Below, in pieces: positions 57,405 through 64,000 of a DNA stretch of 64,000 nt. The notes under the pieces were generated by a model. The model was not told the origin of the DNA. It saw nothing but the letters and a program-made list of their open reading frames with translations, and searched no databases. Numbering within the stretch: position 1 is the first letter of the stretch; each line of letters begins with the position of its first letter. Both the position numbers and the translations under genes were made by a program. The stretch is from Chrysomallon squamiferum. Taxonomy: Eukaryota; Animalia; Mollusca. Location: the NCBI GenBank assembly GCA_012295275.1, contig CM022672.1:25172001-25236000 (forward strand), given 5' to 3'.

Positions 57405-57452
<48 letters not shown>

Positions 57453-57918
57453 TATCATGAAATCCTTATAGCAAAGACTGAATTCTAAATAACGTCAACA
57501 CTAATTATTCACAAAAAGGGTCGTTTACTTTGAAAGCAACCAGATACGAATGTGATCCAGTTTTTTCCCACACTTAGTCCTATAGCAACCATACACTAAC
57601 TAAATGCGTGGGTGGCTTGTTAAACAGTGGGTGTTAATTAGAGGGCAGTGTGAGGACGTCGATTGGGTCATGAGATCCAAGAACACTGGTTTATCAAATG
57701 GTGAGATATGTATCTCTCTCTCGTTATTTTTTCTCTCTGTCTTTCATTGTCTCTCATTCTCTCTCTTTTCCTTTCTCGTTCTCTGTCTCTTTCTTTGTCT
57801 GTCTCTCATCCTGTCTCTCTGAACCTGACTGCCTTTCTGTTTCTTCATATGTTTCTTTGTTATGTTTCTCTAAATCTCTCAGTTTCTGCCTATCTCACAC
57901 ATTAACACACACAAAACA

Positions 57919-58108
<190 letters not shown>

Positions 58109-58109
58109 G

Positions 58110-58201
58110 TGAAATGTTTCTTAGCCATGTGAACTGAGCCATATAATTATGGATTAAAAATATACTGAGCGGATCGTTAAATGAAACTTTTTTTCTTCTT
58201 T
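58110..58201 (+). mobile_element. Probable 3' tail of a decayed SINE
   Basis: CTTAGCCATGTG...GCCATATAA...AAAATATACTGAGCGGATCGTTAAATGAAACTTTTTTTCTTC resembles the remembered tail CTTAACCATATG...GCCATATAACC...AAAATGTGTTGAGTGCGTCGTTAAATAAAACATTTCCTTC. A possible upstream piece (ACTGGTTTATCAAATGG) lies near 57685, across the CT-rich expansion. Confidence 0.45.
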
Positions 58202-58559
58202 TCAAAACGTGTGACCTGTTGATTGTCAGCACATCCCACTGAAGCAATCGCTGTCGAGTTAAATAGGTACTTTAAAACGTAAAGCTTTTCTCATTTCACT
58301 GGTTTGCTCGTCGTGTTTCCATAGCCGTGTTTCTGAAGTTAAATGATGTCATTAACATCTGCGCTTGTTCATAGCGCACTCGCTCAACGCAGTCGAGAAG
58401 TCAATAACGGAAACGTTCCAATTGCCTCTTTATAAAACTGCACTTGGTAGAAATGACATTTCACTAAATAAACTGTGACTATTCTTTAGAGCTGAGGTGA
58501 CGCAAAAGTAAAATTTTTATTTTATTTTAAAAAGCATTTATATATATTTTAAATCTATC

Positions 58560-59390
58560 ATATCATTTTAGCATTAGTCATGCCATGTTTTCGCTACTTA
58601 CATTATGTACTAGATGGGAACTATACATTTTATTTTGGTCATCGAGTATCGCATTGTATGGTATTGTGTTTATCACGAGTATTTATTTTGCTATTTTCGT
58701 GTTCCTGACGTCACTATCTTGTTGATATGGTTCACCTCATATTTGTATTAGTATGTGTCAAACTATGTTTATATTATTTTCTTGTTCATAGCAACAGCAT
58801 CATGTTCACTGAAATATTTTCAAGTTTATTTTGGTTACATCATTCGTTAGTATTGAAGATCGACATTAACTTGATATCAAAATCATGTTTATATTAATTA
58901 TATCGTGTCCATTTAGATCACACAGTAGATTTGTCAGTCATTTCATGTTCATATCGCTTACATCATCATGTACATTTTCAGTCTTTTCATGTTCATATCG
59001 CTTACATCATCATCTACATTTTCAGTCATATCAAGTTCATATCCGTAACAAAATATTCATTTTAACTATCACATTCATGTGGGTCACATGATGCTTATAT
59101 CGGACCGTGTTCACGTCGATCACATTATGATTATATTGCTTGTTCATGACGCTTACGCAAATCTTCGAACTGGCCACATAAAGTTCAATATAGGTTACTT
59201 TATGTTCACAACATAATTATAACTATCGGTTTATTTTATGTTCACATCGGTACGTCATTTTCGAATCGGTCACATCATATCCGAATCGACTACATCGGTT
59301 AATATCGTTTAAATCAATGTTCAGATCGTCATCATATCGGTCACTTCATATTCGATGTAAATTACGTCACGCTCACAAATGTTACACTAC
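58560..59390. repeat. Degenerate ~20-bp minisatellite (consensus approximately ATGTTCATATCGGTCACATC) with a recent ~45-bp internal duplication
   Basis: ATGTTCA/CATATCG/GGTCACAT variants recur throughout. TTTCATGTTCATATCGCTTACATCATCAT.TACATTTTCAGTC occurs twice at about 58941-59027. Confidence 0.75.
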
Positions 59391-59607
59391 TTCCTTACCT
59401 ACGTTACCTCGCTTTACCTCACACAGAATGAGTGAATAGGATACGGCTGCCGATGTCAGTTTCACAGTGTTCTTTTCCTCTGTCATTAATCCCGTTTGAA
59501 CCGGCAGCATCATGTTCGTCGTACTAATCACGCCGTCTAAGCAGAGGTCGCATCAAGCTGATACTGGTAAGGTCGCGGCGGCGGAGGTTTTCTTTCATTA
59601 AGTAGCT

Positions 59608-59666
59608 GGTAACAGTGATACAGGTAACAGTGATACAGGTAACAGTGATACAGGTGACAGTGATAC
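59608..59666. repeat. 15-bp minisatellite, 4 x GGTAACAGTGATACA
   Basis: Units start at 59608, 59623, 59638 and 59653. Confidence 0.95.
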
Positions 59667-59824
59667 GTGTATCGCTGCACGTTAAGTCATGTGTTTGACA
59701 GTTAGGTGTAGTAGTTCAGTTTCTGCTTGTTGCTTGGTTTGTCATGATAGTGTCATTCATATACTGATTTCTCTCTAATACCAAGCTGGTAAATGTGATA
59801 CAGTATATGATGTTTCCAAAGACT

Positions 59825-60310
<486 letters not shown>

Positions 60311-60537
60311 GGAATTTTGACCACCTATCACGTCACACAATTACAAAGCGGTAACATAATACTTTCTTTCACCAACGACATCTTCAGACTAGTATTTCCT
60401 TTAAAGTCATTGAAATGATTTTCTTTACCATTCACAAATCTGTTTATTTATATATATCTTTTCTTTCATACCAGGTTTGTAATCCAAATCCATACATTTA
60501 TATCCACTTTTCTGTAACGTGAAATATCCAATTTTTC

Positions 60538-60659
<122 letters not shown>

Positions 60660-61763
60660 CACACACAAACACTCACACACAAACAGATACACACACCCGC
60701 ATACCATTCTGATCATTTATTCATCTTGAATCGCCAAACATTATCCTGGCTGGTAACAAAATACTTAGCTTCACCAGTGATACCCTCGGACTGGTAACGT
60801 CATATCTTTCTCAGTTTCTCTTTTTCCTTTGATGACTTTGAAATTATATTTCTTTCTACCTTGGGCATTTTTTTTTCTAACAAAAATGTTTTAACACAGA
60901 TATCGATTCTGTGAGAATAATGGGAGACACATCTGGCTAACGTTGAATTCATTAGCGACTCATATGGTTTCAAAGCGATGTTCTATTTTCCAACATATGT
61001 CCAGAGTGTGGCATAGCTGAGCTTCTCTGTGGAGTAAAATAGGATGTGGTAATTAAAACGCGCTTCATGTTTTTAAATACTTTGGCATATGTTGTACTTA
61101 GGAATGTGCAAGAGAATTATTTTCTTGCCAGATGAATAAATATTTTATTTCTTTCGTGTTCTTTGTAACTCTTTGTTTGTAATGTTTTCTTTCTTCTTCT
61201 ATCTTCATTTTAGTTCTCTTTCTTTCGTTCTTTCTTCATTCTGTCTTTCTGTCGTTTCTACCTTCACTTTGCTTATTCTTTCTTCCTGTCTTTATTTGTA
61301 TTTCAGTTTATTTTTAAATTTCTTTTTCTTTCTTTCGTTCTTTCATTCTTTTCTTTTTTTTTTTTTACCGTTTCCCTTCTTTCTTTCTTCTAGATCTTTT
61401 ATCATTTTTCTTTCTCTCTTTCTTTTTTCATTTTTCATTCTTTCTTCTTAATATTTTTAAAATTACCTAGCAAAGAATACAAAATAAAACATTCTGTTGA
61501 AAACAATAGCCTGCTTATAATCCAAACTTATCTGTCTGCCCATCATTCCAAGCAAATGACTCTAACTCCTATATTCTTTGGTTCTGTCAACTATCTTGAC
61601 GGATCTTTGTGCTAAACCATTTCTATATATACATGTATATATAGACCGTGATATCATTTTAAATTAACCAAAGACTTTCTATATAAAAATGTTTCTTTGT
61701 TTCTCTACAATCAAATCAAAAGATTTTCATAAAGATGAACATTTTAAAACTAAATATGATATA

Positions 61764-62509
61764 CAGTGATACCTCGACTTACGAGTGCCCCAACTTACGA
61801 GCAGCCGCCCGGTTGGTTTTTGCTTTGAGTTCCGAGCCAAAATCCGAGTTACGAGCAAGCTTCAGATACGCCGCCGCTTGTTGGCGCAACGAACAACATA
61901 TCATCTGGCCAGCATCCTGCGTGTCAATCGTTTACTTCACGTGCTCGCGTTTTGTGTCAAATTTCTTTTTTCTGGCCATGGATCCTAAGAAAGTGAGTGC
62001 AAAGGACAGTGCTGAGAAGAAGAAGCGGATGATGTCCATCAAATTAAAGACTGAATTCATAGAAAAACATGAGCGAGGTGTGTATGTAGTTGACTTGTCT
62101 AGGCAGTACGAGCATAGTATTTCTACGATATGTACCATACTGAAGCAGAAGGAGTCAATAGAGGCTGCAACTCCAGCCAAAGGCGTTAAAATAATTTGTC
62201 TGATCTCCAAGATAAATATACTTAACAAAACCAATTTATTTCTTTGCATTGTCTTTTATTTTGTTTTTATACAATATTTTTCATTTATAAATACATTGTT
62301 TTAATTTAAAATCATGTTACAAAAAAAAAAAAAAAAAAAAACACACACAAAAAAAAAAAAAAAAAAAAAAAAAAAAACAGTGGGTGGCTTTTGGGGTTAG
62401 GCTGGAACGGATTAATGGTATTTCAATTAATTTCAGTTAGGAAAACTGATTTGATATACGAGCAAATTGAGATACGAGCTCGGTCACGGAACGAATTAAA
62501 GGTACCACT

Positions 62510-62510
<1 letters not shown>
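61764..62510 (+). mobile_element. Non-autonomous, internally deleted pogo/Tigger-family (Tc1/mariner superfamily) DNA transposon, 747 bp
   Basis: Left end TA|CAGTGATACCT (TA at 61762-61763). Right end AGGTACCACTG|TA (TA at 62511-62512), whose reverse complement is CAGTGGTACCT, a 10/11 terminal inverted match with a TA target-site duplication. Subterminal TTACGAG/ATACGAG repeats occur at both ends. It contains a transposase N-terminus, and a homologous copy lies at about 3189-3818. Confidence 0.92.
61978..62304 (+). pseudogene. Truncated Tigger/pogo transposase: N-terminal CENP-B/pipsqueak-type helix-turn-helix only, still an open 108-aa ORF, no DDE domain
   Basis: ATG at 61978 gives MDPKKVSAKDSAEKKKRMMSIKLKTEFIEKHERGVYVVDLSRQYEHSISTICTILKQKESIEAATPAKGVKII (to 62196). 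This fits the K-K-R-x-x-S-I-x-x-K...E-x-G...L-x-R-x-Y...S-T-I-x-T-I-L-K pattern of Tigger/CENP-B N-termini. The frame then runs into AT-rich 3' sequence of the element and stops at 62304. Confidence 0.85.
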
Positions 62511-62511
<1 letters not shown>

Positions 62512-62581
<70 letters not shown>

Positions 62582-62592
62582 ACACACACACA
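62512..62592. repeat. (CA)n microsatellite abutting the right TA of the Tigger element
   Basis: Directly visible. Confidence 0.97.
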
Positions 62593-63708
62593 GATACATA
62601 TAGATATAGATATTTTGATGTGTTAATAATAAACAGTCCACGAAAAATGAAAAAGCGAAGTGAAGAGACGGTATTGATTATAAGCAAAGATAGAGAGACG
62701 CAAACTGGGATAGACAAACAGAGAAAAAGGAAGAAACAGGATCACAGGGTAAAGAAAAATGATAAAAGGAAATAGTTAAACAAAACCAGGAAAGAAATAT
62801 TTAGACAGACAGGCAGACAGCTGAGAGAAACAGACAATCAGACACCAAAGAGACAGGTAGATAAATAAAAAGATACATATAGGTATAAATAGATATACAG
62901 ATAAACAGAGAGACAGACAGATAGATAGATAGCTAGATACACTGTTTGAAAGGCAGACAGATATATAGACACAAAAATATAGATACTTTTGCAAACAATA
63001 TCATTAATGTGGAATATCTAGTGTATCGATTTTCTCCAACTCGCTCTCTATTTCTCTCTCTCTCTCTCAATTTGATATTTCACGATGCAGATACATAATA
63101 CATAAACACAAAGCATTTTACGCGAAGATGGATCATTAAGCATGAAATAAACCCATTGTCGTAATTAGGTGCGAATTCAAATTAAATTCTCTCTCTCTTA
63201 GTCGACTCAGTGGCATCCAAAATAACATTAATAAAAAGTGCTGGGTAATTGTGAGTCCCGAACTTAACCGTTTGGCCCTGGCGACCACGTGTCGAACCCT
63301 TCCGGATGTTGCTGGCTGGTACGGTGTATTTTCCAGGCTTGACGCAAATTACCAAAAGTTCAAGCGGTCAGGGATGCGTTGTAAGAGAGACAGTCATTTC
63401 ACACCTCGGCGGAGATATGCACAGATTTAATAATTCAGAAAATAACTCGGAGATTCCAGGCTCACAAAAACCAATGACCCACTAATCTAAAGATCAATAG
63501 TTTCAAGTGCTTTCGTGTTTTTCACGTATTTGCCAAGTAAACTGGAAAATCCGATGGCATCAAAGCAGGGGTCTCTCTGTGAAGTTTCAGCACAGTTAAT
63601 AGTATCTGGGGTTTTATCAAAGGAGTTGTAGTGACAGATCGATGTACATTAGATTGGGGAGTAGTTTGACAACTAATTCTTGAAATCAGATTTCAGAAGC
63701 AAGACATC

Positions 63709-63709
<1 letters not shown>

Positions 63710-63801
<92 letters not shown>
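63710..63801. repeat. (CT)n microsatellite
   Basis: Directly visible. Confidence 0.98.
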
Positions 63802-63805
<4 letters not shown>

Positions 63806-64000
63806 TTACTTTTTTCTCCGTTTTTCCTTTCTTTTTTCGGTCATTCTCTCTCTTTTTCTTTCTGTCATTTCATTTATTATTTTTCTCTTTCTTTGTATCT
63901 CTGTTTGTTCTCTTTGTATGTTATATCTTTCTATGTCTTTCTGTTGTGTATATTTCTCTAGTGACAAGTATTTGTCCGTGTGTGTGTGTGTGTGCGTGTG

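Noticed and set aside
61735-61977. N-terminal 81-aa extension of the 189-aa ORF in the track
   Set aside because: It starts outside the element and runs through the TIR and 5' UTR; transposase similarity begins only at ATG 61978.

Overview
Eukaryotic, AT-rich, very microsatellite-dense invertebrate genomic DNA. The SINE-like remnants resemble a family I recall from gastropod molluscs, but that assignment is inference. I can support no intact host protein-coding gene. Nearly all ORFs in the track are read-throughs of simple repeats or chance ORFs, so the window looks like a large intron or gene desert. Supported content: (1) a terminally intact but internally deleted pogo/Tigger DNA transposon (61764-62510) with an open N-terminal CENP-B-type HTH reading frame, plus a decayed sibling copy (about 3189-3818); (2) several decayed tRNA-derived SINE copies, one carrying a near-perfect 62-nt fold-back hairpin (45695-45756); (3) a cryptic, degenerate ~130-160-bp tandem array (about 26700-28620) and several minisatellites; (4) two cases where a segment from a few kb away was copied into a (TA)n tract (46768-46851 from 51178-51261; 29640-29804 from 27895-28042); (5) a block at about 51850-52500 with strong splice signals suggesting a non-coding exon or transcript start. 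I did not find a new multi-gene system. The best leads are the (TA)n-associated templated insertions, the SINE-derived hairpin and the HTH-only Tigger derivative. All alignments were done by eye.
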